Positions 30,297 through 44,973 of a stretch of 64,000 bases of DNA are shown here, piece by piece (the stretch's first letter is position 1; the number at the start of each line of letters is the position of its first letter). This stretch comes from Eledone cirrhosa (Eukaryota): NCBI GenBank assembly GCA_964016885.1, contig OZ024745.1, forward strand, positions 106,082,001 through 106,146,000. The letters are read 5' to 3'. Position numbers and translations under genes: made by a program. The notes under the pieces were generated by a model, which was not told the origin of the DNA, did not search any database, and saw nothing but the letters and a program-made list of their open reading frames with translations.

Positions 30297-30725
30297 AAAT
30301 AACAGATTAAAGTTTAAGCAAAGAATCGCTGCTTTCACCCTTAACGGGATCTTCTGAAATAAATATTTCGAAAAACGTTGCAACCGAAGGAAAACAGGAA
30401 GACGATACTTTGGTTTGTGGAAACGTTCCCTAGCAATGAACGGGAAAAAAGCGAAGATAATACATCATTATGTGGACCGGTAAGAACAATTACACGCAAA
30501 GACAAAACCACGTGTATGGTATAACTGAAGTCGTAGACTAATATTCTATTTCGGAAACCGAATGATTCTCGGCTTCAGAGTTAAGAATAATGTAAATAAA
30601 TTACAGAGGTTATTGAAATCATCAATATTTACTCCTGCGTTCACAGATTGTTTTTTTTTGGTTTCAGAAGATCCCGTTAAGGGTGAAAGCAGCGATTTTT
30701 GCTTAAACTTTAATCTGTTTTTATT
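30297..30725. repeat. Fold-back copy of the 3401 family
   Basis: Terminal inverted repeat of about 60 bp, 30297-30359 / 30662-30725. Confidence 0.8.
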
Positions 30726-30780
30726 TTATAAATTAATATTTATATATGTATATATATATAAATGTATATATATATATATA

Positions 30781-31068
30781 TAAGTTTTTCCGGGTTCAAT
30801 CTGGGGTAACCGCAGTAAGTAAGGTACTCAATACATAGCAGAGTATAAATGTTTTAATATAGAAAAGCTTCTATATATATATATATATATAGTACGTTAT
30901 TCCGGGTTGAATCGGAGGTAACCACAGTAAGTAAGGTACTCAATACATTGCAAAGTATAAAAGTTTTAATATAGATGAGATTCTACAGGACTAGAACTGT
31001 TTCATTCTTTAAAAATCATCAGGAATCAGAGATTCCTGATGATTTAGAATCTCATCTATATTAAAACT
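30781..31068 (-). repeat. Two tandem family C inserts; the second has an HHR (30979-31027) and a short inverted arm
   Basis: Reverse complement GATTC-CTGATGA..GAAACAG-TTCTAGTC-CTGTA-GAATC. Confidence 0.8.
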
Positions 31069-31107
31069 ATATATATATATATATATATAATATAATATAA
31101 TATAATA

Positions 31108-31292
31108 TAATCGTTTCTATGTTTGACACAATGCCAGCAATTACACAGTACATTACTGGTACTTTATTTTATCGACCCCCTACGGATGAAATGCAAAGTT
31201 AACCTCGGCGGGATTTGAACTCAGATCATAAAGGGACGTAACTCTATGCTTCAAAGCATGATGTCCGACTCTCTACCGATACTGCCAATCCA
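31108..31292 (-). mobile_element. tRNA-derived SINE family 1
   Basis: Reverse complement match to 7503-7692. Confidence 0.85.
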
Positions 31293-32018
31293 ATATAATA
31301 TAATATATGTATGTATGTATGTATGTATGTGTAAATTAAATGTCTGAATACAAACGTTCTTTCTCTCAAAACGTTTATTCATTCCTTCCTCTACCCAATC
31401 TCTAGCTTTCTGATGAAGGACTAGCATCCAAAAGAAAAGGCCCCTTTTCCTATAATATCAAGCGTCATATTAATATTTTCCCATTGTACTGTGCATCCAT
31501 TGCTTCGTTGTTTCTGTTTATTTATGCCAGAGTTAGGAATGAGCATTGACAGTTGTCTCCCGCTGGATCTGCTGGAATCCGCTAGACGGCACTAGACGTC
31601 ATTCAATATTCAACATTCAATATTCATGGTTACAAAAGCTTTCCAAATGTTTATCTATTAATCATACCGTATATTGTTAGATATACAAGATTCACACATA
31701 CACATACAAACACTCACATATATATATAAATAAATAGTGTAAGTAACCGAAACTGCACCAACATGTATAGATATCATACACATACATATATCTAATATGT
31801 AGCAATTAGTATGAATTGCGCTAACGGACGGGATGTATGGTACAGTAATATCTATATCTATTCTTACTATAAAAATGTATATATACATAAGTTTACTCGG
31901 TTGCTTCATTCCAAGAAACGGGATAAGCACCTGCCAAATGAGGCTTCTGGTTTAAGACAGACTTTAGACTTATATATCTATCTATATATAGATAGATAGT
32001 TAGAAATATATCTATCTA

Positions 32019-32621
<603 letters not shown>

Positions 32622-32916
32622 TATATATATTTATATATATATATATATATATATGAAATGAAGTGTGTTCTTCAAGAACACAACACGGAACCTAGGAATC
32701 GAACCCACGACGACCTTATGATCGCCAGTCCACGACGCTTACCATATGTATATATGAATGTTTTTTTTTTTCTGAGGGGTCTTTTAATAGACCCGTATCA
32801 GCCGCCCAGCTATGTTCCGTTTTTATAGTGCAGAACGTTGCACACGGATCGGCAAAACTGCAGTCTTGAAAAAGTAGGTATATTTTTATCTATTACTACC
32901 TCATATTTGTAACTTG

Positions 32917-32978
<62 letters not shown>

Positions 32979-33002
32979 ATGTGTGCGTGCGTGTGTATAA
33001 GC

Positions 33003-33055
<53 letters not shown>

Positions 33056-33419
33056 CATAAAGATAGAGAGGGAAAAATAGAAAAGAGAGCGAGAGCGGGA
33101 GAGAGAGAAAGTTACAAATTCACTGGCAATTTATTTCGTTTTTTGTCAAAAAAGATAAAATTTTAAGTGAAGTAGATTGCAAAACAATAAAAACATTTTT
33201 TCTTTTCAAATATAATTGATTTTCAAATCTTTGAATATCTTTGATTTCCTTTCTCTAAAGCATTATGTCTTCATTCTCTGCTTTCCCCTCTTCCTTTCTT
33301 TATTCCCATTTCTTACATTTTTACTCTACTTACTCTTCTCCAGGTGTTGCATTATTCATGACACTGTGTATATTTTGCTTGGTTTTGACACATTTATATA
33401 AATATGTATATATATATAG

Positions 33420-33540
<121 letters not shown>

Positions 33541-33896
33541 AAAGAATAGAGGTGTAACACACGAGTTATGATATATTGGTAAACGGAAAAGAAAATGCTG
33601 ACAAATTGTTCCCAGTGAAAAATAGTTTAATTAGGAATAAGTAAAAATTAGTAATAGTATTGGTTAGTATTCAGTTTTGGTTTTAAGTTTTACCGGTTGC
33701 GCATTTCTAATGCTTTTCAAAAATAATTTTGAGACAGAGCGCCCGTGATGTTTGCTCTAATCTGATAAGTTTTCGAAATTCTACCTGTTTTATGTGAAAA
33801 AAGTGGCTCCAGATGGAGCTCCCGGGAGCTTCCAACAGTAATGGTTGCATTCTTTAAGGGTATGTCAATATATATTTATAAAACTGATCTATATTA

Positions 33897-33961
33897 TATT
33901 TTATCTGATGAAAGCACACCATAATTTAACTTGGTGTCCTTGAAATATGTATAATGAAATA
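33897..33961 (+). ncRNA. Type I HHR (family A)
   Basis: TATTTTAT-CTGATGA-AAG..ACACCA/TGGTGT..CTT-GAAA-TATGTATA-ATGAAATA. Confidence 0.75.
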
Positions 33962-34091
33962 AATATGCTTTTATAAATATAGTTACCATTTGTTAATATC
34001 GTATTTTTACTCCAAATATTTGTTGAGTGCTTTATATCAGTTATAAAAATATTTGCTTGTTGTATCCCAACAATTTAAATAGAACTCTTAC

Positions 34092-34130
<39 letters not shown>

Positions 34131-34227
34131 TGTATGCATATATATATATATATATATATATGCATACATACATATATATATGTATATTTATATATATATA
34201 TATGTGTGTGTGTGTGTAGCGAAGAAA

Positions 34228-34750
34228 AGTATCTTGTAGTCGTGATCACGAGTGATGGGAGGCAGAAGGATGAATTAAATCTAAAAACTGCAGGAACTGG
34301 TGCATGAGCCAGTTTCAGCATCCTGTATTCAGAAGAGACGTGGGCGAAATAGCCAAACTCTATCTTTAATGCGGTATTCGTGCCTGGCCTTACTTATTGC
34401 CATGAACGGTGGGTAATTAACGAAATGATACGATCTCGAAAAAGTGTGTAGCTCGGAGATCAGAGAGTCGCTCGAAGTAGAGCTGCTACTTTTCCGAATT
34501 GAGAGATCAGACCTGTGATACTATGGGCATGGGTCTAGAATGTCTCACGAATCAATTACTGAACAGATTCTACGGGAAAATGAAACCATCGGGAGAGCCA
34601 CGTGTAAGCCTCGAGCAAGATGGTTGGATAATATCCAGAATCTCGCCTAGTCTCGCTTGGGGATCCAGTCGGATCATTTAGACATGTTTGCTTCTGACAG
34701 GATCCGCTGGAAAACGTTTTAGAGGTCTCTGCACCTACAACCCAGGAATA
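34228..34750 (+). mobile_element. Decayed RTE (Rex3/Expander-like) 3' fragment
   Basis: Manual translation gives [12 protein letters not shown] and SSEIRESLEVELLLFRIERS. Confidence 0.6.
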
Positions 34751-36066
34751 AATGTTCAAATCGAAGCCTGAGTATGAGGCACGGGGGTTAGGTAGCTCTA
34801 ACAGTGGCTGTCGCAGGTCATACTCTGTGGCAATAACTTTGATAATTTGTCCTCGAAGCTCAGCTGAAATACCGCTTAGATTGGGGTGCAGAATTTATCG
34901 CTTCCTTCCCCTTTCTCTTTCTTCTATTGGTTAATTACTTTTTTTCTTACACTTTTTCTTCTTTTCATTTTTTTGTCTCTGTATTGCCATGCATTTGTAC
35001 AGTTTTTATCACAATTAGTATATTCTTTGTATCAGATGTTGTAAATATAACAGGTATTCGTTATGAAAAATACGAATAACAAATTGCTTGGTAAATAGAT
35101 AACTTAGTGCATTAGTGATGTGACAATATATTTATGATAAATATTGAACATGATCCAAAAGTTCAGAAAGTTCAAATCCATCAAATACATGTGGAATGTC
35201 CTGCTTTCTACGCAGCGATAAGTCTTATATCTGCAACTAGAACATGCTCCATGTTTCATCGGCAGACACAAGAAAAAAAATATATATATATATATCGCTC
35301 GATATTTCCTTGCAATCACAACTAAGCGTTTTGAATGGTGTTCTGAACGAATCGAGACACAAAAGGAACTTAATGAACCTAAATTGATTGTCGACTTGAT
35401 AATAATCAATTTGTATAGGACTAATGTCCTCATCTTGGCTATTATAATTACAGTTCCTCCATTGTGTCCCCCGGATTTAAGTAAGCGATTGTTATATTCT
35501 CGAAATTTCGAATAACAACCTTTATTAAAATTATGGAGGCAGATATTTCTTACTCAATTACCCATGCCCGTTGTATGTATGTCCTAGTTAATTAACTACT
35601 AGCTTGCTCTGATCGAATTTCTGTATATATAGATATAAAAACCTGTTTTATGTGAGTGCAATAGTTGTGATATGAGATTCAATGGAGGAATCACTTGTCC
35701 TAATAAATCAGCTGATAATAATCATAATCCCTCATCATTGAAATTCAGATGAAACTCATTATTAAAGAGACGATACCTTGGAGTATTCAACTGTGTGAAA
35801 AAAAAAAAAAAAAATGTGTGTACTGTAAACACTTTAAAATATCTTTCTCTACACAGAAAAACAATTTTCAATTGCAAAAAGGTAGCTATACCTATTTTCG
35901 GATTACATTAAGATCTTCAGAAATACTCTGTCTTTTAGCTTAAATATTTATGTTTTTTCTGTAAGGGAGGATAGGAAAAAATGTTTTCATTTCACATTTC
36001 ATTCTTTTTACAGCGCAGGCATGAAAATAAATATCCGAATATAGGTCTACCTTAACTTTATTTAAA

Positions 36067-36229
<163 letters not shown>

Positions 36230-36231
36230 GC

Positions 36232-36269
<38 letters not shown>

Positions 36270-36271
<2 letters not shown>

Positions 36272-38477
36272 GTTAGAATATGTGTAATAAGGCCAAGACA
36301 ATGCAGATATGGACATAGAAAAAAGAATGCAATAGTGAGAGATATTGATGAGAATTCGTCTTTCACCTTGAATTTATTTAAATGTCCTTAATTTTCGAGA
36401 TAATATCTCTTCTTCGGAGGGAAGTAAAAGTCTCAGACCAGCGTCTTAAATTTCCAATGAAGCCATGCTGACCGGAAATAGTATAGAGTTCTAACTTTAA
36501 TATCAAAGAATTAAAATTAGGTGGGTAAATAGTAGTCTCCCTTTAAGAGGGGTTTGTTTATGTTTTTGTTGTGTTTTTTTAAATTTTATATGCGCGCCTG
36601 TATATGTGTGTGGGAGAAAGCATGAAGGTGTAGAAATCGAAAATGCACCTGGAGTCTCTTTTTATAAAAATATATATTTATTTGGTTCCTTTACTGATTT
36701 CGCAGTTCTTCTGCTTTTCAAAAGTAGATTTGAGATGGAGTGTTTGTGGTTTTTCTCACATCTGGTTGGTGTTTGAATATTACTTCTGTTTTATATGGAA
36801 AAAAGTGGCTCGAAATGCTAGGTTTTAGAGAAGTAATTTGGTTGGTTGGTGAATAATTATAATAAATTTCGCGCCAGTTCGCGTTACAAATTTCTTATTA
36901 TATTTGACTTCAAAAAAAGAGGGGAGGGGTTCAGGTTGTTTTTTCATATATGAGTGAAGTTTGGTTGGTTGATGCAGTCACGTGAATAAGCACATCAGCT
37001 TTCGCGCCAGTTTGTATTTGAATTTCTTTTTACTTAAAAAAAGATGGCTCACTAAGGCTTTTTTTTATAAATGTAATTTGATTGGTTATAAATGAAATTA
37101 TGACTGCCACGTGAACAAGTACATTAAATTTCGCGTCCGTATTTTGGAATTTTTTTTTTTGTAACCATTTAGACAATTTTGTGCCAAACAAAACATAATG
37201 GTCAAGAAAAAGGGATGGAGAGAGTTGTTCTGAGTATGACTGATGTGCTGATATGTAATTTGATTGGTTATAAATGAAATTATGACTGTCACGTGAACAA
37301 GTACATTAAATTTCGCGCCCGTATTTGGGAATTTATTTTGTAGCCTTTTAGAGAATTTTATGCCAAACAAAAGATAATGGTCAAGAAAAATGAGAGGGGG
37401 ATAATTGTTCTGGTTCAGTGAATATGGCTAGTGCGCTGGGGTGTCAGAATTCAGACTTTCTATTGAAATAAAGAAAGTAGAGTTATGTATGTTTATTTGT
37501 GTGCTGGTGTGTGTAGGAAGATGATTCTATTAGTAGAAATAGGGGAGGGAGTTGTGTGTGTGTGTGTATGGGTGTTATGTGTGTGTTATGTGTGTGTGTA
37601 TGTGTGTGTGGGAGTATGATTAGCATGTTAAGATGGAAAGAATATATATATTTTTTTGTGTGTGGGGTGGGGGGAATGATTCCGTTAGTAGAAATGGGAG
37701 AGGGAGTTATGTGTGTGTGGGTCGTGTGGTTAGCATGTTAAGGTGTTAGAGTATTAACGTATGTTAAGGTTTATTTAGTTCTGGTTTTTATTTTCTTAAA
37801 TAGAAGGTGTTATGTGTGTGTGTATGTCTGTGTCTGTTTGAATGGTTAGCATGTTATGGTGTTGACATAATTTATATTAAACTATATTTGTTGCTGGTCT
37901 ATATTTTTGAATAAACATATTTTCCTTATTTATTCGTATTTGTTCTGTTGTATTGTCAGCGCAAAGATAAAATGGGAAGACTTGGAATTTGGGTGTCTTA
38001 TTACTTGCGCATATGTCTAGATGTGCACTTAGTGGTATCTGTCTTGTGGTAGGATCTCGTAATTGTTGGCTATGAGCTGTCATTCTGTTTCTGAGTGTTT
38101 AGTTTGTCCTATATAATCTTCATTGCATACTTTACATTTAATGGCATAAATTAGATTTTTTGATGAGCAAGTGAAGTGATTTTTTACAGCAAAATGTTGT
38201 CCTGATTGAAATGTTTACGTGTTGCCTTCAATGATGTGAGTGCAGGTTCCACAATTAGAGCGACCACATTTTTTGACAGTTAGTTGTGCGTTTGTGGTAG
38301 GTCATTTGGCATTGGTGAGTAATGTTTTTAGTGATTTCGGTTGTCTTTTGCTTTTGATTATTTTGTGTTTCAAGGGCTTTTTTCATTCTTGGGTCTTGTT
38401 TCAATAGTAGGATGTTATTGTGAATAGTGTTGTGAGCTTCCGCATTTCTTGGGTTGTGTGTTGAGATATATGATAGA

Positions 38478-38480
<3 letters not shown>
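36270..38480 (-). mobile_element. PLE5 3' fragment, Neptune-like (linker, GIY-YIG, 3' UTR)
   Basis: RQPKSLKTLLT..CGRSNCGTC..FTCSSKNLIYAIKCKVCNEDYIGQT..KENMFIQKYRP; HHR-like motifs at about 36386-36420 and 36687-36723. Confidence 0.8.
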
Positions 38481-38534
<54 letters not shown>

Positions 38535-38692
38535 ATGTATGTGTATATATATATATATATATGTAGATAAATCTACCAAAATATACGGTAGTGTCCAATC
38601 CGTATGAAGAACTCAATGTAATTCAAATATCATGAAGAGAAGAGATGCATTCAAAAATTTTCGATGAAAATCATAGGAAAACAGAGTCAAGA

Positions 38693-38970
38693 TAAATTAA
38701 TATAAACACAATGAATAAAAACAAAGAACAAGTTCCTTATATTAAATAATGCATCATTTTATGATCGTTTCTAGGATGTATATGGGTTTTGGCATGTATA
38801 TCATATAGATCTATGTAAATATATTATTTCCTCTGATAGTTTGCAATATTTTTACTTAGATCTATATGATATACATGCCAACACACATATACATCCTAGA
38901 AACGATCGTAAAATTATGAATTTTTTAATATAAGGAACTTGTTCTTTGTTTTTATTCATTGTTTTTATTA

Positions 38971-38977
<7 letters not shown>
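38693..38977. repeat. Fold-back insert with HHR 3' half (family E)
   Basis: Arms of about 125 bp; right arm has AGAAACGATCGTA (palindromic stem III, GUA). Confidence 0.85.
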
Positions 38978-39025
<48 letters not shown>

Positions 39026-39028
39026 ATG

Positions 39029-39084
<56 letters not shown>

Positions 39085-39329
39085 TAAGTATGTATGTATA
39101 CGTACATACATATATGTATACAGACGTACAGTAGCATGCATATATATATATTTATATATATATATACATATATACATACAGGTACACATATATATATATG
39201 TACGTATCAGTTTAGCGGACGTTTATTATAACGCCCGCTTTGTCCGTTTGTAAACAAACTGACAGCCTGATTTATGCCGTACGGTGTTAAGGTAGCCACG
39301 TCACCCTTTTGTTCAACACTGACACAGGA

Positions 39330-39372
39330 ACGATGTACTAGTTTCAAGCTTCTTAGCTATCATCAGCACCGT
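39330..39372 (-). ncRNA. Minimal type I HHR
   Basis: Exact reverse complement of 39704-39746. Confidence 0.85.
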
Positions 39373-39703
39373 ATACCCTGTCTGCCAGATGGTTGAACGT
39401 TCGAAAGTATATACTTTCCTTATGAAAATTAACGGCTGAGCAGCCTAATTTGCATATCGAGTGACTTCAGTCGGCCAGGCGTACCGAAAACGATAAGTTG
39501 TAAAAGAATGAAACGAAATTTCATTTCTCACTCTTAGTACGGCACTTACTTAAATGTAAGTATGTATTTATACGTACATACATATATGTATACAGACGTA
39601 CAGTAGCATGCATATATATATATTCATATATATATACATATATACATACATTCATAAGGAAAGTATATACTTTCGAACGTTCAACCATCTGGCAGAAGGG
39701 TAT

Positions 39704-39746
39704 ACGGTGCTGATGATAGCTAAGAAGCTTGAAACTAGTACATCGT
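39704..39746 (+). ncRNA. Minimal type I HHR
   Basis: ACGGTG-CTGATGA-TAGCT AAGA AGCTT-GAAA-CTAGTA-CATCGT. Confidence 0.85.
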
Positions 39747-40084
39747 TCCTGTGTCAGTGTTGAACAAAAAGGTGACGTGGTTGCCTTAACACCGTACGGC
39801 ATATATCAGGCTGTCAATTTGTTTGCAAACGGACAAAGCGGGCGTTATAATAAACGTCCGCTAAACTGATACGTACATATATATATGTGTACCTGTATGT
39901 ATATATATATAAATATATATATATATATGCATGCTACTGTACGTCTGTATACATATATGTATGTACGTATACATACATACTTACATTTAAGTAAGTGCCG
40001 TACTAAGAGTGAGAAATGAAATTTTATTTCATTCTTTTACAACTTATCGTTTTCGGTACGCCTGGCCGACTGAACTCACTCGAT

Positions 40085-40092
40085 ATGCAAAT
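40085..40092 (+). promoter_or_regulatory. Octamer motif ATGCAAAT within the repeat unit
   Basis: Exact match, also at 39448-39455 (-); function untested. Confidence 0.35.
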
Positions 40093-40166
40093 TAGGCTGC
40101 TCAGCCGTTAATTTTCATAAGGAAAGTATATACTTTCGAACGTTCAACCATCTGGCAGAAGGGTAT

Positions 40167-40209
40167 ACGGTGCTGATGATAGCTAAGAAGCTTGAAACTA
40201 GTACATCGT
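40167..40209 (+). ncRNA. Minimal type I HHR
   Basis: Identical to 39704-39746. Confidence 0.85.
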
Positions 40210-40515
40210 TCCTGTGTCAGTGTTGAACAAAAAGGTAACGTGGTTGCCTTAACACCGTACGGCATAAATCAGGCTGTCAGTTTGTTTACAAACTGACAAA
40301 GCGGGCGTTATAATAAACGTCCGCTAAACTGATACGTACATATATATATGTGTACCTGTATGTATATATGTATATATATATAAATATATATATATGCATG
40401 CTACTGTACGTCTGTATACATATATGTATGTACGTATACTTACATTTAAGTAAGTGCCGTACTTAGAGTGAGAAATGAAATTTCTTTTCATTCTTTTACA
40501 ACTTATATATATATA

Positions 40516-41168
40516 AAATTTATATTTAATCCTAGAATTAAAGATTAACTGATTAATTTTATTAGATGATTCTATTGATTAATTAATTGTTTAAGTTTGT
40601 TTGATAACTTCTAGTCGAGTGCTTTATTCGGTTTGTATAAGGGGATTCATTCCTTTATCTCAAATTAGAATACACCGCCTAAGCGGGGGTTACCTCCCTT
40701 GGATAAAACCACGTGTCTGTGCCGACCTTTAAAGTTACAACATACCCGCTTTGGCTAAGAACGAAAGACTTGCTGAAGAAGTAAATCCTATGTTCTGTCG
40801 TCAAAAACCATTATATTGCAGACTCCTGCAATAGGAATTTGTCGATCATGGATTTGCAGAAACTTAGCGCTGATGTTGCGTGCGATATTGCGATCTATAT
40901 TGTGGATACCCGATGTGTGTTATATATTTTACACTCAGCCTCAGCGTTATATCCAGGTCAGTAAAAAATCTTTTCCTGGGTCCTGTATTTTCGTTGCTCT
41001 GGTAATGCGGTCGGACTGCCGACTGCTATATCTGATTTGCTAAGCTGTCTGAACGCAATGTTATTACTCTGGGGTCTTACCTCATCTGAGTGCTAAAGCT
41101 ACAGGCCGAATCTGCATACACGTTAACTTGGCCGTATACTAGAGCTTCGTCTATGCTGTACTAAAATG
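40516..41168 (+). mobile_element. Non-coding insert with degenerate long-stem-II HHR
   Basis: CTGAAGA-A-GTAAATCC..GGATTTGC-A-GAAA at 40773-40862; 3' end matches 26240-26337 (+) and 11019-11150 (-). Confidence 0.55.
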
Positions 41169-41204
41169 TATATATATATATATATATACAGAGAGAGAGA
41201 GAGA

Positions 41205-41289
<85 letters not shown>

Positions 41290-42145
41290 TCCTACACATA
41301 GATGGAACTGGCTGATACGCGATTCTACGACATCTCTTCACAATCATGAGTTCTGTGGCTCGCTCCATGCTATTTTGGTCATATATATATTCTATCATAG
41401 TGCATTGTCAGTGTAATTGTATTTACTTCAACTATGTGGAAGCCTCTCAAATTGACAGTAAGCATTACAAATCTATCACCTTTCTTTCACATCGTGCCAC
41501 GTTGCTTTTGTCTGGGCCTTTCTTTAATGCTACCAATATCCCCGTTTGATACACGTTAATTCAATGTGTAGGGAATTAAGTTCTTCGAAAAATTGAATCA
41601 TTAATTATAGAAAACAATGAATGAATGATTTATTTATTACCTTCATATGTATATATGTTTGTATATGTGTATCTTGGTGTGCGCACTTCTGAGAAAGTAG
41701 AGAAACATTGTGTCGCAATACATAGACATATACAGGCAAGCAAGCAGGAATATTATCATACAATATTCATGATAAAACAATATACTGTACGTGTTTACCT
41801 ATTTGCATACGAGAAAGAAAAAAAAGAATACTCAACGAATAAAAAATCTGTGGAGAGGTAATATTTAGTGCGATATGCAAAAGTAGAAAAGAAGTATAAT
41901 ATGGAAAATGATTGAAATAGGTAAAAGAAATCATGAAAGTATCAAATATAAATTAACAGAACTTGCTATATGTAAAAGATTTTGAAGTACCATCAAGATT
42001 GTGAAGAGAAGAAAGTAAAGATACAGATTTACAGATTGATAACTTTCACAGATATCTATGTTGATAAACTGTCTCGTGGAGATATGATGCTTAATTGACG
42101 AGGTATGTTATAGATTACACTTATTAACCACGCCATTAAGTTGAA

Positions 42146-42333
42146 AATAATTGTTTCTACTTTTGGCACAAGGCCAGCAAATACCCAGTGCATTACTGGT
42201 ACTTTATTTTATCAACCCCGTAAGGATGGAAGTTAACCTCGGCGGGATTTGAACTGAGAATGGCAAGGGCCGTAACTCTATGCGTCAAAGCATGGCGTCC
42301 GACTCTCTACCGCTACTACCAACCCATCGCCCT
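42146..42333 (-). mobile_element. tRNA-derived SINE family 1
   Basis: Reverse complement match to 7503-7692. Confidence 0.85.
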
Positions 42334-43404
42334 GAAAATAATGTTGACAAATGTTCAAAAATAGCATTAATGTGTGAAAATATATTATTTTATTGGTTTC
42401 ACACATTGTATGCATATAGATGCTGGAACACTACGTTCGCTGTTACAGTCGACTATACCGATCACAGCACTAGATTGGTGTACCTTTTGGGGCAACTACA
42501 AAATCAATCTCAAAAATTAAACTGACGTTTATATAATATCAGATGTTATAATGTCTGACGTTCAGGCAATTCTTCCATATATTTGTTGGAAATCTAAAGA
42601 CAACCTGATATATTTCAAAATGCTTGCTGGTGATATTTATATAGAAACAAAGACTTCGAAAATCTGTCCTCAAACCAAATAACTTCAAGTAAACATCACA
42701 TTGAAATTAAAATTGATGTTTTTCTGTGAAAAGGAAACATCATAAACACATGTTAAATTATCAAAATAATTGACATCTTGCTGAGGTTTAGATTTCCAGA
42801 AACCCATTCCGACCTTTTATGTTACGTCTACCATTTGCTAGAAGCACCTAATTATATTGGTATGTCAATCCCAGTACATTGTTGCCTTCTCTTTTGTGTA
42901 TATGTCAACATTCTGTGTCACCTAAAGTTCGACTCATAACTATGTCATATCGATTCTTTCACTGTCTTATCGGCTGAAAAGGAAACGCAGCAATATCACC
43001 GACAAATCAATATAAATCACTTAAAAGCTTCCTTGTTTGGCAGACGACATTATAAAACACAAAATATAAGTTTATTGGGTGTATTGCCGAGAAAATATTC
43101 GTTCGGCTATGATTTACCAAACAAAATTGTTGCAGTGAAAATCTTTGGCGATCAGATAGAAATATTGCAGTATTTTCTTTATTGGAAATAGTTTATGTTT
43201 TAAATACAATAACCGACAATGTTAAACCTATACATAACTGAAATTGAGTATCGTCTTGTTTAATATAGCTGCAGAAATTGCTTCTAAGTTTTAGAAAGAG
43301 GCATTTCGTTATGTCTTGGAGAAATACATTTCTATTTACCTTGCAGTAGTAATACCAATGTCTGTACATTTTGTCAGAATTATAAGTATATATCCATATA
43401 AGTA

Positions 43405-43486
<82 letters not shown>

Positions 43487-44973
43487 AGAAACCTGATATG
43501 TAAGAAGATAAAATTGATATGTAAGAAGTTAAAAGAAAAATCGTGATAGTTAATTCTCCTTACAACGACATTACATCAAATCATATCCATCAGAGATTTC
43601 CTTTACTCCATTCATAGAATGGTAATAGGCACCTTATTGAAATATGGATTTTTTTTGTGAGTTTTATATGTCATGTCACTCTTGAATGATACTGGTAGCA
43701 TGTACCCCAGTACAACCTGTCGCATAGTAGGGTCGTTGGTGACTAAACCGGCAACCCCACCAAGATTACTTGGTGAGGAGTGTGATATTGGGCACTCTGC
43801 AGGACAAAAAACAAAACTTGACAAAGGTCGGAAGAACTCATAAGAGTCAACGTCCATCTAAAAAAATGTTTTTTAATCCTGGAAAATCAATTGATGACAG
43901 TAGTTCCAGCTGCACGCATCGAAAGACTGGTGTAGTGGTTCTGAGAACAATCCGGCTTTGCAGATGATTAATGCAAATTGACAATTCTAACTCCTGCTCG
44001 AGTTAGAAGAGAACTATTGACCTTCAGGAGAAGCAGCGACCGAAAGAAAAAGAAAAGAAAAAGATTTGCGAGTGTAAACTCGGCCGAAGAAGAAGTTGTA
44101 TGCCACAAACCGAGTACTAGAGGAGAGTAAAATAAACTTTTAATTATACATGACCATATATAATTTAGATAGAAAATAATATATAAATTTTTGGAATTCA
44201 ACATAGATCATGCCTTAAATGAAAACATCCTTATTCATGTTACATAAATGAAGTTTTAAAATCTATTCATTTGTTTTAAGTATCTGAAGGACTTAAGTCA
44301 TTCACATTTTATGAGTTAATGATTCATAATAAAATCTTAAATATGTCTCATATTAGAATACTGCTCATTCATGATGGAGAGTTCTGCTAAACATTTAGAA
44401 GCTGGCCTCTATCATTTTGCACAAAATAGAAGCAAATACTATTTCGAAATGCAGCCTACTATCTTAAAAAAAAAGACAAATTACATTAGAAAATGTAATG
44501 TTACTCAACAATAAAATGTCGAGATTGTCACGTCTGGAATGCGTTTGATAAAAAGTTTGCCAGATCTAGGTTGATCTTGACCTAAATATTATCATTCAGG
44601 TAACAGACTGGGTCTCAAAATACTTTAAAACAACTAGCCTGTTTCTCCTCGCTAATTTTCCACTGCAACTACAATGATATCTGCTCGTTTCAGTTAGCAG
44701 ATCACGTGTAATTCCCTTCTTTGCCCTAACTTCACTTCCTAACCCAAGTCACTATCATCATTAGCCCCCCACTCTAAAACTTTGTCAGAACATCCTCCTC
44801 AATGCTACAACACTAACATTCTTCCCTTGTACATTTTTTGTTTTTGTTTTTCCAGAGTAATATCAACCTGCTAAAATTCAAGCTGTACATCTGCAACAGA
44901 GATTTCACCAGTCACTGTAGATCTGAAAAGATCGGTGATTCTGCCCATCTTTCAGTCCATAAAAGTCTTTCAT

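Larger units (their letters stand above)
39085..40504. mobile_element. Retrozyme-like tandem array, 463-bp unit; about 1.2 units minus then 1.8 units plus
   Basis: HHR cores at 39710 and 40173 (period 463); inverted copy at 39330-39372; no credible ORF. Confidence 0.85.
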
